This document shows, one piece after another, positions 1-10,519 of a DNA stretch of 64,000 nt (positions within the stretch are counted from its first letter, which is position 1; every line of letters begins with the position of its first letter). The notes beneath the pieces are model-generated. The model made no database searches. It was not told where the DNA came from and worked only from the letters and a program-made list of their open reading frames with translations. Source of the stretch: an uncultured Candidatus Saccharibacteria bacterium (GTDB lineage: Bacteria > Patescibacteriota > Minisyncoccia > Phycocordibacterales > CAIRYW01); the NCBI GenBank assembly GCA_964406475.1, contig CAYORS010000002.1, forward strand, positions 1,598 through 65,597, written 5' to 3'. The translations under genes and the position numbers were made by a program.

Positions 1-2579
1 AATCTCTTTCGGATAACCTCAAAGGTAAACGAGGACTCTTCCGACAAAATCTTTTGGGTAAACGAGTAGACTACTCTGGACGATCTGTTATCGTTGTGGG
101 TCCAGAACTTAGCCTTGATCAATGTGGTCTTCCAAAAAATATGGCTCTCGAAATGTTTAGACCATTCGTTATTGCGGATATTTTGAAACAAGAACTTGCA
201 TACAATATTCGAGGTGCTTCACGACTCATTGAAGAAGGGATACCCGAAGTATGGGCGATTCTTGAAGATGTTATCAAAGACAAATACGTACTTTTGAACC
301 GTGCTCCAACACTTCACCGACTTGGTATTCAAGCTTTTAGACCAGTGCTTATTGAAGGATCTGCTATCCGTGTTCATCCACTTGTATGTACTGCGTTTAA
401 CGCTGACTTCGACGGAGATACTATGGCTGTTCACGTTCCTCTTTCTTTGGAGGCACAGCTCGAGGCAAAAAACATAATGGCAGCAGACAAAAACATCTTG
501 AAGCCAGGAAGTGGAAACTTGATTGCATCTGTGGACAAACAAGATATTGTGCTTGGGTGTTATTGGATGACACAAATGATAGATGGAGAGAAAGGTGAAG
601 GGAAGTATTTTGAGTCATTCGCGAGTGCGATTGCTGCACTCAACTTTGGTGTTATTTCGTATCAAGCAAAAATAAAAACTCTTGCTCCGGAAGGAGAAAA
701 ATTCAAAGAGTTTGGAGGAAAGTATTTTGAGACGACAGTAGGACGAATCCTTTTCAACGAACTTCTTCCAGATGACTATCCTTTTGTTAATAAAGAAACT
801 GACAAAAAGACAATGGCAGGAGTGATGAGTGATCTTATGGTGCGATATGGAGTAGAAAATCTTGCAAAAACTTTGGACAAAGTAAAAGCGTTTGGATTTA
901 AGTATGTAACAGCATCTGGAGTGACCTTTGGTATTGATGACGTAAAAGTTCCTGAAGGTAAAAAAGCGACTGTAGAAGAAGCTATGAACCAATCAGAAAT
1001 GGTGAACGAGCAATTCAACGAAGGTCTTTTGTCAGAAGAAGAAAGGGTTCGCAAAAATATTGAAATCTGGCACGGTGTTAAGAGTAAGATTGAAAAGATG
1101 GTGATTGACAATCTTGATAAAAAAGGATCTGTATACAGAATGTTCAAATCTGGTGCTCGAGGTAGTGCTGCACAGATTACACAAATGGCAGGTATGAAAG
1201 GACTCATCCAAAGTGCGTCAGGTGAGACTTTGGAGCTTCCTATTATGTCTTCAACAAAAGAAGGTTTCAACCCAATTGAATACTTCATCAACACACATGG
1301 TTCTCGTAAAAACCTTGCTGACACAGCTTTGAATACCGCAAAGGCTGGATACCTTACACGACGACTTTTCGTTGCTGCGCAAGATGTTTTGATTGTTGAA
1401 GATGATTGTGGTGTCAAAGAAGGAATTGTCATTCGTAAAGAAACTGCTTCAGGTATTGAGACACCGATATCTAAAAGTATCAAAGGACGAGTGCTTCTTG
1501 CATCAGTTCTTAATTCAGAAGGAAAAGTTATGTTTGAAAAGAATCATATTTTGTCTGGATTTGATGCTGAGCTTATTGAAAAGGCGGGTATTGAAGAAGT
1601 GTCTGTACGATCGCCTTTGACATGTAAATCTGTTGATGGTATCTGTGCGCTTTGTTATGGTATGGATCTTGGTAAAAACAAAAAAGTAGATATCGGAGAA
1701 GCTGTGGGAACTGTGGCTGCGCAAGCGATTGGAGAACCAGGAACTCAGCTATCGATGAACACAAAACATACAGGAGGTGCTGCTTCTGCGGGTGGAGATA
1801 TTATTCAAGGTCTTCCTCGTGTGGAAGAAGTGTTCGAAAAGAGACGACCAAAAACTCCTGCTGTTGTAGCGTATGCTGACGGTGTTGTGACTGATATAAA
1901 AGATGATGGAAAACAAAAAGTTATTACTATCACACCAACTCTTGGAGAAAAATCAAAATCAAAGAAAGAAAGTGGAGAATATATTATTCCACGTATCCGA
2001 GTTATTCTTGTTCGAGTCGGAGATTCTGTCAAAAAGGGAGATGTGATTACTGACGGTTCTGCTGATATTGATGAACTCTTTAAGTACGCAGGTAAAGAGC
2101 GTGCAGAAGAATACATCATTAGTGAAATCAAAAAACTTTATGAACTCCAAGGAGAACCTGTATCACGAAAGCATATTGAAATCATTGTTCGACAAATGTT
2201 TTCACGAGTAAAGGTAAAATCATCAGGAGATACAGCGCTTGTGGGTGGTGATATTATTGAGAACTCAGAATTTGATGAAGCAAACGCTTTGGCTCGTGGT
2301 GAAGGTAAAACAGAAGCAAAAGGTGAAGCTATAGTATTGGGTATTACTGATGTGTCACTCTCTCGAAAGAGTTTCCTCTCTGCCGCATCATTCCAGCACA
2401 CAACTCGTGTACTCATTCAAGCATCAGTTGAAGGCTCAAAAGACAAGCTTAAGGGACTTATGGAAAATGTGATTTTGGGACGACTCATTCCTGCAGGATC
2501 TGGTTTTAAGGGAAGTGAAAAATCACAAATGATTGATGAGCTCAAGGCTACATTTACTGACGAAGCATCTGTAGAGTAG
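1..2579 (+). CDS. rpoC: DNA-directed RNA polymerase subunit beta' (C-terminal ~860 aa; 5' end lies outside the window)
   Basis: ORF 54..2579 continues in-frame to position 1 (…[30 protein letters not shown]). NADFDGD catalytic motif at aa ~115 of the ORF. Typical beta' C-terminal region. Confidence 0.95.
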   Translation, partial: SLSDNLKGKRGLFRQNLLGKRVDYSGRSVIVVGPELSLDQCGLPKNMALEMFRPFVIADILKQELAYNIRGASRLIEEGIPEVWAILEDVIKDKYVLLNRAPTLHRLGIQAFRPVLIEGSAIRVHPLVCTAFNADFDGDTMAVHVPLSLEAQLEAKNIMAADKNILKPGSGNLIASVDKQDIVLGCYWMTQMIDGEKGEGKYFESFASAIAALNFGVISYQAKIKTLAPEGEKFKEFGGKYFETTVGRILFNELLPDDYPFVNKETDKKTMAGVMSDLMVRYGVENLAKTLDKVKAFGFKYVTASGVTFGIDDVKVPEGKKATVEEAMNQSEMVNEQFNEGLLSEEERVRKNIEIWHGVKSKIEKMVIDNLDKKGSVYRMFKSGARGSAAQITQMAGMKGLIQSASGETLELPIMSSTKEGFNPIEYFINTHGSRKNLADTALNTAKAGYLTRRLFVAAQDVLIVEDDCGVKEGIVIRKETASGIETPISKSIKGRVLLASVLNSEGKVMFEKNHILSGFDAELIEKAGIEEVSVRSPLTCKSVDGICALCYGMDLGKNKKVDIGEAVGTVAAQAIGEPGTQLSMNTKHTGGAASAGGDIIQGLPRVEEVFEKRRPKTPAVVAYADGVVTDIKDDGKQKVITITPTLGEKSKSKKESGEYIIPRIRVILVRVGDSVKKGDVITDGSADIDELFKYAGKERAEEYIISEIKKLYELQGEPVSRKHIEIIVRQMFSRVKVKSSGDTALVGGDIIENSEFDEANALARGEGKTEAKGEAIVLGITDVSLSRKSFLSAASFQHTTRVLIQASVEGSKDKLKGLMENVILGRLIPAGSGFKGSEKSQMIDELKATFTDEASVE

Positions 2580-2595
2580 TAGCTAAAATCAACAA

Positions 2596-2708
2596 TTATC
2601 AATAATCAATAACCAAACAATACATACTTATCAAAGTTTTAATAATTTAAACATTGATATCTTATGTATTGTTTGATAATTGAAATTTGGTTATTGGTCA
2701 TTATGATC
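2596..2708. repeat. Long imperfect inverted repeat in the rpoC-dnaG spacer (CAATAACCAAACAATACATA … TATGTATTGTTTG[13-nt insert]GGTTATTG)
   Basis: Read directly: the 2609-2627 arm is the reverse complement of the 2663-2695 arm apart from a 13-nt insertion. AT-rich, with no clean U-tract. Confidence 0.3.
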
Positions 2709-2749
2709 TGTTTTAAGTCATTGTTACTTGTAACTTCTAAACTTAAATA

Positions 2750-4441
2750 ATGTCCACCACAGTTCAAAATATAAAAGAAAGACTTTCGATTGTTGAAATT
2801 ATTTCTTCTTACATTGATATTGAAAAATCAGGAAGTAATTTTAAAGCAAAGTGTCCTTTTCATCATGAAAAGACAGCGTCTTTTTTCATCTCTCCTGATA
2901 GAGGGAGTTATTATTGTTTTGGTTGCGGGGTGAAAGGGGATATTTTTACATTCGTTCAAGAATTTGAAGGGATTGATTTTTTGGCCGCACTCCATATGCT
3001 TGCTTCGAAAGCTGGTGTTGTAGTAGAGAAAAAACAAAAAGATCAAGAAGGGGAAGATAAAGAAGTGCGATTATATCGTATTCTTGAAGATGCGACTGTG
3101 TTTTTCCAGACCAAATTAAAAGATAATATGGAAGCTTTGTCTTATCTCAAAAAACGAGGTCTCGAGATTGAAACCGTTCGTTTATGGAAGATTGGTTTTG
3201 CTCCGAATGAGTGGAGGGAGCTTAAAACATACCTTCTACAGAAAGGATATTCCGAAGAGGAAATGCTTGTTTCTGGTCTTATCAAAAAACCCGAACAAGG
3301 AGAAAGTTATGATCGTTTTCGTGGGCGAATTATGTTTCCTTTGTGTGACACTTTAGGACGAGTAGTTGCGTTTTCGGGAAGAATTCTTAATCCATCCAAA
3401 GATGATGAGGCAAAGTATTTGAACAGTCCTGATACACCTTTGTTTGACAAGTCTAAACTTTTGTATGGTTTTAATTTTGCAAAATCAGAAATTCGCAAAA
3501 AACAAAGTGTTATCCTTGTTGAGGGGCAAATGGATCTTTTGATGTCACATCAGGCTGGAGTCATAAATACTGTTGCATCATCAGGTACGGCGCTTACACA
3601 GGAACATCTGCTTCATCTACGACGTCTTACGGATAGAATTATTATTGCGTTTGATGCCGATAATGCGGGACAGAATGCAACACTAAGAGCATGGAAGCTC
3701 GCATTGAAGGAGGGGTTTGTTGTTCATATAGTCAATCTGCCTTCAGGACTTGATCCTGCTGATAGTATACTCAAAGATAAGAATATTTGGATTGAGGCGA
3801 TTGCAAAGTCCCAAGGTGTTGTTTCGTATTTTATTGACATCATGAAATCAAAATCTGGCAAAGATGCTGATGATATTTTGAAACAGAAACTCTTGCCTTT
3901 GGTTAAGATGGTACAAAGCGGTATTGATCAGACTAGGTATCTTCAAGAAATCAGTTTTGCTTCTGGTATTGGAGAAAAGGTTTTGGAATCAGAAATGCAA
4001 AAAATAATAGATGAGGATGTTTCTTCGGTTCATACTGAAACAAAGGTTAATGAATCTCAAAAACGTATTCCTGAAGCACTTTCTTTTGCATTATATCTTG
4101 ATTCAAAAAAGCATCCATTTGCAGTGAAGTTTAAAGAACTTTTACTCCTTATTGATCCCGCTTATCAAAACAAAATCCCAAAAGATGAAAATTATATTTC
4201 TAAAATCCTTTTTGAAATAGAGATGCATTACGGCGATGTTTCTTTGGCAGAAAAAATTGGCAATACTCTTTTGTATCATTATGAAGAAAGTCTTCTTAAA
4301 GAAGATTTTGCAAAAACAATGGAGAGATTGAAACGCAGTGAACTTGTAAGGGATATTCCAAACGTTGAAAAAGAGCTCAAGCATTGCCAAGATATATCAA
4401 CCAAACTGTCGGGGTTATCAAAAAAATATGCAAATCCTTAA
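2750..4441 (+). CDS. dnaG: DNA primase
   Basis: N-terminal zinc-binding motif CPFHHEKTASF…YYCFGCG. TOPRIM motif ILVEGQMD. Classic rpsU-dnaG-rpoD neighbourhood. Confidence 0.9.
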   Translation: MSTTVQNIKERLSIVEIISSYIDIEKSGSNFKAKCPFHHEKTASFFISPDRGSYYCFGCGVKGDIFTFVQEFEGIDFLAALHMLASKAGVVVEKKQKDQEGEDKEVRLYRILEDATVFFQTKLKDNMEALSYLKKRGLEIETVRLWKIGFAPNEWRELKTYLLQKGYSEEEMLVSGLIKKPEQGESYDRFRGRIMFPLCDTLGRVVAFSGRILNPSKDDEAKYLNSPDTPLFDKSKLLYGFNFAKSEIRKKQSVILVEGQMDLLMSHQAGVINTVASSGTALTQEHLLHLRRLTDRIIIAFDADNAGQNATLRAWKLALKEGFVVHIVNLPSGLDPADSILKDKNIWIEAIAKSQGVVSYFIDIMKSKSGKDADDILKQKLLPLVKMVQSGIDQTRYLQEISFASGIGEKVLESEMQKIIDEDVSSVHTETKVNESQKRIPEALSFALYLDSKKHPFAVKFKELLLLIDPAYQNKIPKDENYISKILFEIEMHYGDVSLAEKIGNTLLYHYEESLLKEDFAKTMERLKRSELVRDIPNVEKELKHCQDISTKLSGLSKKYANP

Positions 4442-4476
4442 TTTTATATTATTATTAGCTCACTATTTATAAAAAT

Positions 4477-5724
4477 ATGAAAAAAAACTCAAAAACAAAA
4501 AAGCAGAAAAAAGGACCATCAAAAGTAAATAAAAAGAAAGTTATTAAAAAGATAAAAAAGGTTATCAAAAAAAAGGCACCTCTCAAAAAGAAGGTTATTA
4601 AAAAAACTGCTCAACCTACAACAAAATCTGTTTCCAAAAAAGCCGTAGCAAAAAAAGATGATCTACAAAAAAGACTCGACCAACTTCTTGTGAAGGGGAG
4701 AGAAAGAGGTTTTGTGACATATGATGATATTCTCAAAGAGTTTCCTACTATTGAAGAGGATGTGATGTTTCTTGATTCTTTGTATGAAAAATTCAGTTCA
4801 TCAGGTGTTGATATTCTAGAGGGAGGAGGTTTACTTGAGGTGCATACTGATGAAGATGAATTTCTCAAAAAATACGCAGGAAGCAAGGGGGATGGCCATG
4901 ACTCCATTCAAATGTATCTCAAAGAGATTGGACATTACCCACTCATTCATGCTGCTGAAGAAAAAGATTTGGCTCGTCGTATTCAAGAAGGTGATGAAGA
5001 AGCAAAAAATCTTCTTGCCAAGGCTAACCTTCGTCTTGTGGTGTCTATTGCAAAAAAATACGTAGGACGGAGTGCGGACTTGACTCTTTTAGACTTGATT
5101 CAAGAAGGGAACCTTGGTCTTTTTAAGGCTGTTGATAAGTTTGACTGGTCAAAAGGTTTCAAGTTTTCTACCTATGCAACATGGTGGATTAGACAGTCTA
5201 TTACTCGTGCGCTCGCTGATCAGTCACGAACGATTCGTGTCCCGGTGCATATGGTGGAAACAATCGCAAAGTATAAACAAGTAGTACGACGTCTGTCACA
5301 AGATCTCGGACGTGATCCAATGCCTGATGAGATAGCGGTTGAAATGGGTCTTGATGTTGATAAGGTGTATCAAATAGAAAAGATTGACCAAGCGACAGTC
5401 TCACTTGATACTCCTGTAGGGGATGATGGTGATGACAAGACAACTTTTGGAGATTTTATTGCAGATGAAAAAATCCCAACCCCTGATCAAGAAACATCAC
5501 AAAAGATTTTGAGCGACCAAGTCAAAGAAATCTTGGACGATCTTTCTGAAAAAGAACGACGAATTCTTGAAATGCGACATGGGCTTATGGATGGTATACA
5601 GCACACACTCGAAGAGGTAGGCAAGACATTTGGAGTGACAAGAGAGCGTATTAGACAGATTGAGGCAAAAGCACTCGACAAGATACGAACACATGAGAAG
5701 GTAAGTAGATTGAGGAATTATTAA
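4477..5724 (+). CDS. rpoD: RNA polymerase sigma-70 family primary sigma factor with a lysine-rich basic N-terminal tail
   Basis: Sigma regions 2-4 are present (…[18 protein letters not shown]…[14 protein letters not shown]…, C-terminal region 4 HTH). First ~60 aa are KKxxKK repeats. Confidence 0.9.
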   Translation: MKKNSKTKKQKKGPSKVNKKKVIKKIKKVIKKKAPLKKKVIKKTAQPTTKSVSKKAVAKKDDLQKRLDQLLVKGRERGFVTYDDILKEFPTIEEDVMFLDSLYEKFSSSGVDILEGGGLLEVHTDEDEFLKKYAGSKGDGHDSIQMYLKEIGHYPLIHAAEEKDLARRIQEGDEEAKNLLAKANLRLVVSIAKKYVGRSADLTLLDLIQEGNLGLFKAVDKFDWSKGFKFSTYATWWIRQSITRALADQSRTIRVPVHMVETIAKYKQVVRRLSQDLGRDPMPDEIAVEMGLDVDKVYQIEKIDQATVSLDTPVGDDGDDKTTFGDFIADEKIPTPDQETSQKILSDQVKEILDDLSEKERRILEMRHGLMDGIQHTLEEVGKTFGVTRERIRQIEAKALDKIRTHEKVSRLRNY

Positions 5725-5784
5725 TGTAGAAAATTCGCAAGAGCTACCCTTACTGATTCGGAATTTACTAATAAATAATATTTT

Positions 5785-6147
5785 ATGATAAAAGATATTG
5801 CGTTTGTGGGATATCCTACAAAAGATATAAAGAAAGCGCGTGAGTTTTATGAAGGTGTTTTGGGGTTTGTTCCTTCAGATGAGTTTGGTCCTATAACAGA
5901 TGAATCACATTTTATTGAATACCCAGTTGGTAACAGTACTATAGCTTTGGGGCAAATGGATACATGGCTCCCATCCAAAGATGGTCCGAGCGCTGCATTT
6001 GAAGTGGATAATCTAAAAGAACTTGTCGAGACAGTAAGGTCAAAAGGATATGAGGTGATGATGGAAGTTATGGAATTTCCCAATTGTTCTATGGGGATCG
6101 TCCGTGATGCAGATAGTAATATGGTCACCTTGCACCAAAAGAAATAG
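5785..6147 (+). CDS. VOC/glyoxalase-family small protein
   Basis: 120 aa. N-terminal beta-alpha-beta-beta-beta-like pattern (IAFVGYPTKDIKKAREFYEGVLGF) typical of the glyoxalase/bleomycin-resistance fold. Confidence 0.55.
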   Translation: MIKDIAFVGYPTKDIKKAREFYEGVLGFVPSDEFGPITDESHFIEYPVGNSTIALGQMDTWLPSKDGPSAAFEVDNLKELVETVRSKGYEVMMEVMEFPNCSMGIVRDADSNMVTLHQKK

Positions 6148-6207
6148 CTTTGTTTGGGTTTGGATGTTTCTAAAGAAAAAATACCTATTTTTTGGTATAA
6201 TTTCTTT

Positions 6208-9150
6208 ATGTCACAAGAAATTTTTGATCATAAATATAGATCTCTAAATAAAGCCCAAAAGGAGGCTGTAGACACTATCTACGGACCTCTTATGGTCGTT
6301 GCGGGTCCTGGGACTGGTAAGACGACGCTTCTTACTCTTCGGATTGCAAATATTTTAAAACAAACAGACACATCTCCTGAACAGATTCTTGCTCTTACTT
6401 TTACAGAATCAGGAGCTAAAGCAATGAAAGACAAACTTCGAGAAATCATCGGAAGTGATGCTCTTAAGGTTAATATTTTTACTTATCACTCTTTTGCCGA
6501 GCAGATACTTCGTCGATACAATGACCATTTTGCTGAATTCAATAATTTCAGATTTATAAGTGAAGATGATGCTATATCTTTATTTGAAGAGATTATCGAC
6601 AAAGGGGATTTCAAAAACATCAAACCTTTTTTGAGTCCGTTTTTTCAAGTCAAAAACATTATTGGATACATCAAAGAATTAAAACGTGAATTTATAGATC
6701 CTGAGTCCCTTAAAAAACATATTGATACATATGAACAAGGATTACTCTCTGATCCAGAAAACTTTTCAACTCGTGGCAAAACAAAAGGTGAGATTAAGTC
6801 AACCGCTCGCTCAAAATTCAATATGATAGACAAAATGAAAGAGCTCCGAGAAGTGTTTGAAGAATACGAATCTCAAAAGCTCAAAAGAAAATTTTATGAC
6901 TTTGAAGATATTATCAACGAAGTGGTCAAGAAGGTATCTCAAAACGCGGATTTGCAATATGAAATAGCAGAACAATATCAATTTGTACTTGCTGACGAAC
7001 ATCAGGATGCAAATATGTCACAAAATCGAATACTGGATTTTTTTGGTTCTGTAGTCGATAGTCCCAATATTATGGTTGTAGGTGATGAAAAACAGGCAAT
7101 ATTTAGATTTCAAGGAGGCACACTTGAGAATTTCACTGGTTTCAAGGATAGATATCCAAGTGCAAAACTAGTGACACTGATCGATAATTTTAGATCACAT
7201 CAAAACATTCTTGATTACTCTTTTGGTCTTATCTCAAAACGAAGTGATCTACTTATCAACAAAGAAAATCTTCTCGCCAAAGGTTTGTACGTAGGAGAAG
7301 GTAAAATCACTTTTGCAACTTTAAGTGATAGAGAGAGTGAGTGTGAGTATGTAGGAGAAAGTATCAAAAAAATTCTTTCGGAGACACAGGGAGATACTGT
7401 TGCTGTGATCTTTAGAAAAAACAAAGACAAAGAACGTATTGCTCGAGTCCTCGAGACTCTCGGTGTGGATTATATATCTCATAGCGATAATGAGCTTTTT
7501 GAAGATAGGTATGCACTTGAAATAGTCAATATGATCAAAGTTTGTTGTGACCTGTCTCTCAATCAAAATATAGTAAAACTCCTTGCAAGTAGTATCTTTA
7601 ATATTACAATCGAAAAAATACATAAGATTAATAAAGATATATACGAATCAGGTCAAAGTGCTTTTGATGTGATATCACAATCAAAAGATTTAGAAATTCA
7701 GCATATTGTTCAGCACATAAGACACCTTGCTTCATATGCACTCAAAAACAGTCCTGTACTTTTTGTTGAAGAATTTGCCCGTACAACAGATTATTTAAAG
7801 ACATCAGATTCATCAGTTCTTGAACACAAACTTTCTATATTACGGGCATTTGCCAATATTGCTCGTCAGGTTGTGTTCAAAGAAGAGGATGCCAACATAC
7901 ATTCTTTGAATAATTTTATTGAAAAGGCAATTCTGTATGATATGAAAATCAGTATTCCTAAAGATTCTGATAATTCGCGTGTTGTGTTGATGACTGCACA
8001 CAAATCAAAAGGGCTCGAATTTGATAATGTTTTTATCATACATATGACTCATAATGAATGGGATAAAAGTGGTGGAAAAAATTATTTTATCCCTGTAATG
8101 GATTTGCTTGGTCTAAGCCAGGATGTGGAAGATATGGAAGATACTCGAAAGCTTCTGTATGTTGCTATGACACGTGCCAAAAAGAGTCTCACACTTACTT
8201 TTCCAAAGTATGGCATAGATGGAAAAGAAGAAAGCTTATCCGGGTTTGTCGATGAAATCGATACAACACTTCTTACACCTATCGTGATTGATAAAAAATC
8301 TTCGCTGCATTTTTTGCAGGATTCTGTGTCAAAAGAAAAAATACAGTTTTATAAAGATCTATTCTTGTCGCAATCGTTTTCTGTCACAGCATTCAATAAC
8401 TATCTTGATTGTCCTAATAAGTTTTTGTTCAACAACCTTTTAAGGTTTCCTTTCTCACTCAACATAAGTCTTGAAGTAGGAAATGCTGTGCATGAGTCAC
8501 TTGAAGAATATCACAATCTTATTCTTCGCAAAAAAGAACATACAAAAGAAATCTTGTTTGCACTCTTTGAAAAAAACCTCGACAAAAAATCAATTAGGGA
8601 AAAAGAAAAACAAAAAATAAAAAAAGACTACAAACAAAGCATTTTTGATTTTGTGGAACGCGGGGATTTGGGAGATACTACGCTGTTAAAAGCAGAATTT
8701 AGACTTGAATATGATTATGAGTTCGAATATCAAAACCAAAAACACAATATTTTTATAAAAGGTTCTGTGGATAGGGTAGACAGAATAGGAGAAGAATATC
8801 GAGTTATCGATTTTAAAACAGGCAAACCAAAATCAGAAAACGTTGTGAGGGGGCTCACACAAGATTCAGACGGCAATTACCTTCGGCAGATTATTTTTTA
8901 TAAAATGATTATGGAAATGATGGATAAGAATATGAATGTGTCTACCGGCGAGATTAATTTTATTCTAAATGATGATAAAGGGGAAAGGGTCTTTTATGAT
9001 TTTGCTCTTACGTCTGATATGGTCTCAAATCTCCAGAAAGAAATGAATGGGGTGTTGTGTGAGATTGTAAGTGGTGAGTTCTTGATTAAAGGATGTTACA
9101 AAGAAGATTGTGAATTTTGTTCCCTTCGCAAGAGCTTAAATGTTATCTAA
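6208..9150 (+). CDS. UvrD/PcrA-type SF1 DNA helicase fused to a C-terminal PD-(D/E)xK (RecB/Cas4-like) nuclease with a Cys cluster
   Basis: Walker A AGPGTGKTT; UvrD-like motifs (DEHQD, VGDEKQAIFRFQG, TAHKSKGLEFD). C-terminal GSVDRVDRIG…IDFKTGK plus CYKEDCEFC. The alternative upstream start at 6154 is less likely. TGnTATAAT (6194-6202) sits 6 nt before the ATG at 6208. Confidence 0.8.
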   Translation: MSQEIFDHKYRSLNKAQKEAVDTIYGPLMVVAGPGTGKTTLLTLRIANILKQTDTSPEQILALTFTESGAKAMKDKLREIIGSDALKVNIFTYHSFAEQILRRYNDHFAEFNNFRFISEDDAISLFEEIIDKGDFKNIKPFLSPFFQVKNIIGYIKELKREFIDPESLKKHIDTYEQGLLSDPENFSTRGKTKGEIKSTARSKFNMIDKMKELREVFEEYESQKLKRKFYDFEDIINEVVKKVSQNADLQYEIAEQYQFVLADEHQDANMSQNRILDFFGSVVDSPNIMVVGDEKQAIFRFQGGTLENFTGFKDRYPSAKLVTLIDNFRSHQNILDYSFGLISKRSDLLINKENLLAKGLYVGEGKITFATLSDRESECEYVGESIKKILSETQGDTVAVIFRKNKDKERIARVLETLGVDYISHSDNELFEDRYALEIVNMIKVCCDLSLNQNIVKLLASSIFNITIEKIHKINKDIYESGQSAFDVISQSKDLEIQHIVQHIRHLASYALKNSPVLFVEEFARTTDYLKTSDSSVLEHKLSILRAFANIARQVVFKEEDANIHSLNNFIEKAILYDMKISIPKDSDNSRVVLMTAHKSKGLEFDNVFIIHMTHNEWDKSGGKNYFIPVMDLLGLSQDVEDMEDTRKLLYVAMTRAKKSLTLTFPKYGIDGKEESLSGFVDEIDTTLLTPIVIDKKSSLHFLQDSVSKEKIQFYKDLFLSQSFSVTAFNNYLDCPNKFLFNNLLRFPFSLNISLEVGNAVHESLEEYHNLILRKKEHTKEILFALFEKNLDKKSIREKEKQKIKKDYKQSIFDFVERGDLGDTTLLKAEFRLEYDYEFEYQNQKHNIFIKGSVDRVDRIGEEYRVIDFKTGKPKSENVVRGLTQDSDGNYLRQIIFYKMIMEMMDKNMNVSTGEINFILNDDKGERVFYDFALTSDMVSNLQKEMNGVLCEIVSGEFLIKGCYKEDCEFCSLRKSLNVI

Positions 9151-9152
9151 CT

Positions 9153-9184
9153 AAAAAAAACGCAAACTAATGTTTGCGCTTTTT
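9153..9184. terminator. Bidirectional intrinsic terminator between the convergent helicase and dsbA-like genes
   Basis: A8-CGCAAAC-TAAT-GTTTGCG-CTTTTT, read directly. Confidence 0.55.
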
Positions 9185-9199
9185 GATGGTGTTTCTATT

Positions 9200-9928
9200 C
9201 TAATTTATGACTGCTTTATCGAGAGCGTTGTTTGATGGTGTGACTTCATTTATGAGGTCAACGAATTTCCAAAATGCATCATTGCCACCAAGTTCTGCGA
9301 CACACTCTGTTGCTTCTGCTTCTTTGGGTGATTTTGAATGAAGTTGTGAAAGGGGGAATTGACGGAAGACCCATGCGACTTTATCTTTACCATATTCTTT
9401 CATAACCTGCTGCATTGTTGTATGGAATCTTTTGCAAAACGGACATTCAAGGTCTGAATATTCAACAACTTTGACAGGAGCATTGATATCCCCCTGTATG
9501 TGGTCTGCACTTGTAACAGGAGACATTTTTTCAAGAGATGGGTTTGCTTTTGTTTCTTTGTCAGCAAGAGCCTGGTCGATTATTTCACGAACTTTTTCGA
9601 TAGGGAGGGCTCCAGAGATTGCATATTTTTTGCCTGTTGGACCAACGACAATACTCCATGGTGTCCCATTGCCTCCTGTAAGAAACGCTGCCGCGATAGA
9701 ATCGTTAATTGCTTTTGTGTATTTGCCACTTGCAAGACATTTTTCAAATTTGCTACTACTGACTCCTGATTTTTTGGCTAATGCAGAGAGTGTTGATTCG
9801 AGGGTTTGTGGTTTTGGTGTTCTGTTGACCCAGAGAATTGATAGTCCAATAAAAAGACCTGCAAGAACGATTGCAACAGGCATTGCAAGTACCTTGAGTA
9901 AATCTTTTTTGTGATGATGATGTTCCAT
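9200..9928 (-). CDS. Membrane-anchored DsbA/BdbD-like thiol:disulfide oxidoreductase (thioredoxin fold)
   Basis: N-terminal TM helix, then CPFC active-site motif (LECPFCKRFH). Begins MEHHHHKKD. Confidence 0.7.
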   Translation of the reverse strand: MEHHHHKKDLLKVLAMPVAIVLAGLFIGLSILWVNRTPKPQTLESTLSALAKKSGVSSSKFEKCLASGKYTKAINDSIAAAFLTGGNGTPWSIVVGPTGKKYAISGALPIEKVREIIDQALADKETKANPSLEKMSPVTSADHIQGDINAPVKVVEYSDLECPFCKRFHTTMQQVMKEYGKDKVAWVFRQFPLSQLHSKSPKEAEATECVAELGGNDAFWKFVDLINEVTPSNNALDKAVIN

Positions 9929-9939
9929 AATTATTTTAA

Positions 9940-10515
9940 TTAAAATGGCAATGAAAAAGTCATTGCACTGTGACTAATAATTTCCCAATCTTTCGTATCT
10001 ATTATAACACTCTTCACGCTATCCCCATCTTTATATTTTAGTTTTTTGTGTTTTAGTGCATATTCATAGACATCTTTGGTTACTTTCACATCTTGAAGAC
10101 AGTATTTGCGGATACTTTCTATATCACCCTTTTTCCACCATTCAACAGCTTGAAGACCGTGTCCGCTTTTACCTATACCAAGTGTTGCTTCTGCAATATT
10201 ACCAAGACCTATGCGTCTTCCAAGTGCCTTGCGAAATTCTACAAGAAGATCGAGAGATTTGATTTTTGTGAGATCGCCGTTGTAATACTTGTTCAAGAGA
10301 GGGATGTCGAAATGATCGCCGTTGAATGTAATGAGTACATCCGCAGCCTCGAGTAGTGGCCAAAGTTTAGGTAGATCTTCTACGAGATAGCTTGAGTATT
10401 CATCTGTCTCGTAGTCATACACTCCAACGAGAGAAATATCAAGCAGTGCAGGATCAGCTTTGCCTACATCTTCAAAAATATTTCGCGTTTCAATGTCGAA
10501 TACGATTTTTTTCAT
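9940..10515 (-). CDS. DEDD-type 3'-5' exonuclease (RNase H-like fold)
   Basis: Exo I FDIETRN, Exo II FNGDHFDIPLL and Exo III YCLQDVKVTKDVY motifs. Confidence 0.55.
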   Translation of the reverse strand: MKKIVFDIETRNIFEDVGKADPALLDISLVGVYDYETDEYSSYLVEDLPKLWPLLEAADVLITFNGDHFDIPLLNKYYNGDLTKIKSLDLLVEFRKALGRRIGLGNIAEATLGIGKSGHGLQAVEWWKKGDIESIRKYCLQDVKVTKDVYEYALKHKKLKYKDGDSVKSVIIDTKDWEIISHSAMTFSLPF

Positions 10516-10519
10516 AGAT

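Noticed and set aside
219-2602. Numerous 60-230-aa ORFs antisense to or out of frame within rpoC (e.g. 776..1483 minus, 235 aa)
   Set aside because: They lie entirely within a highly conserved housekeeping gene and have low-complexity Ser/Ile-rich translations. Similar shadow ORFs inside dnaG, uvrA, atpA and others were rejected for the same reason.
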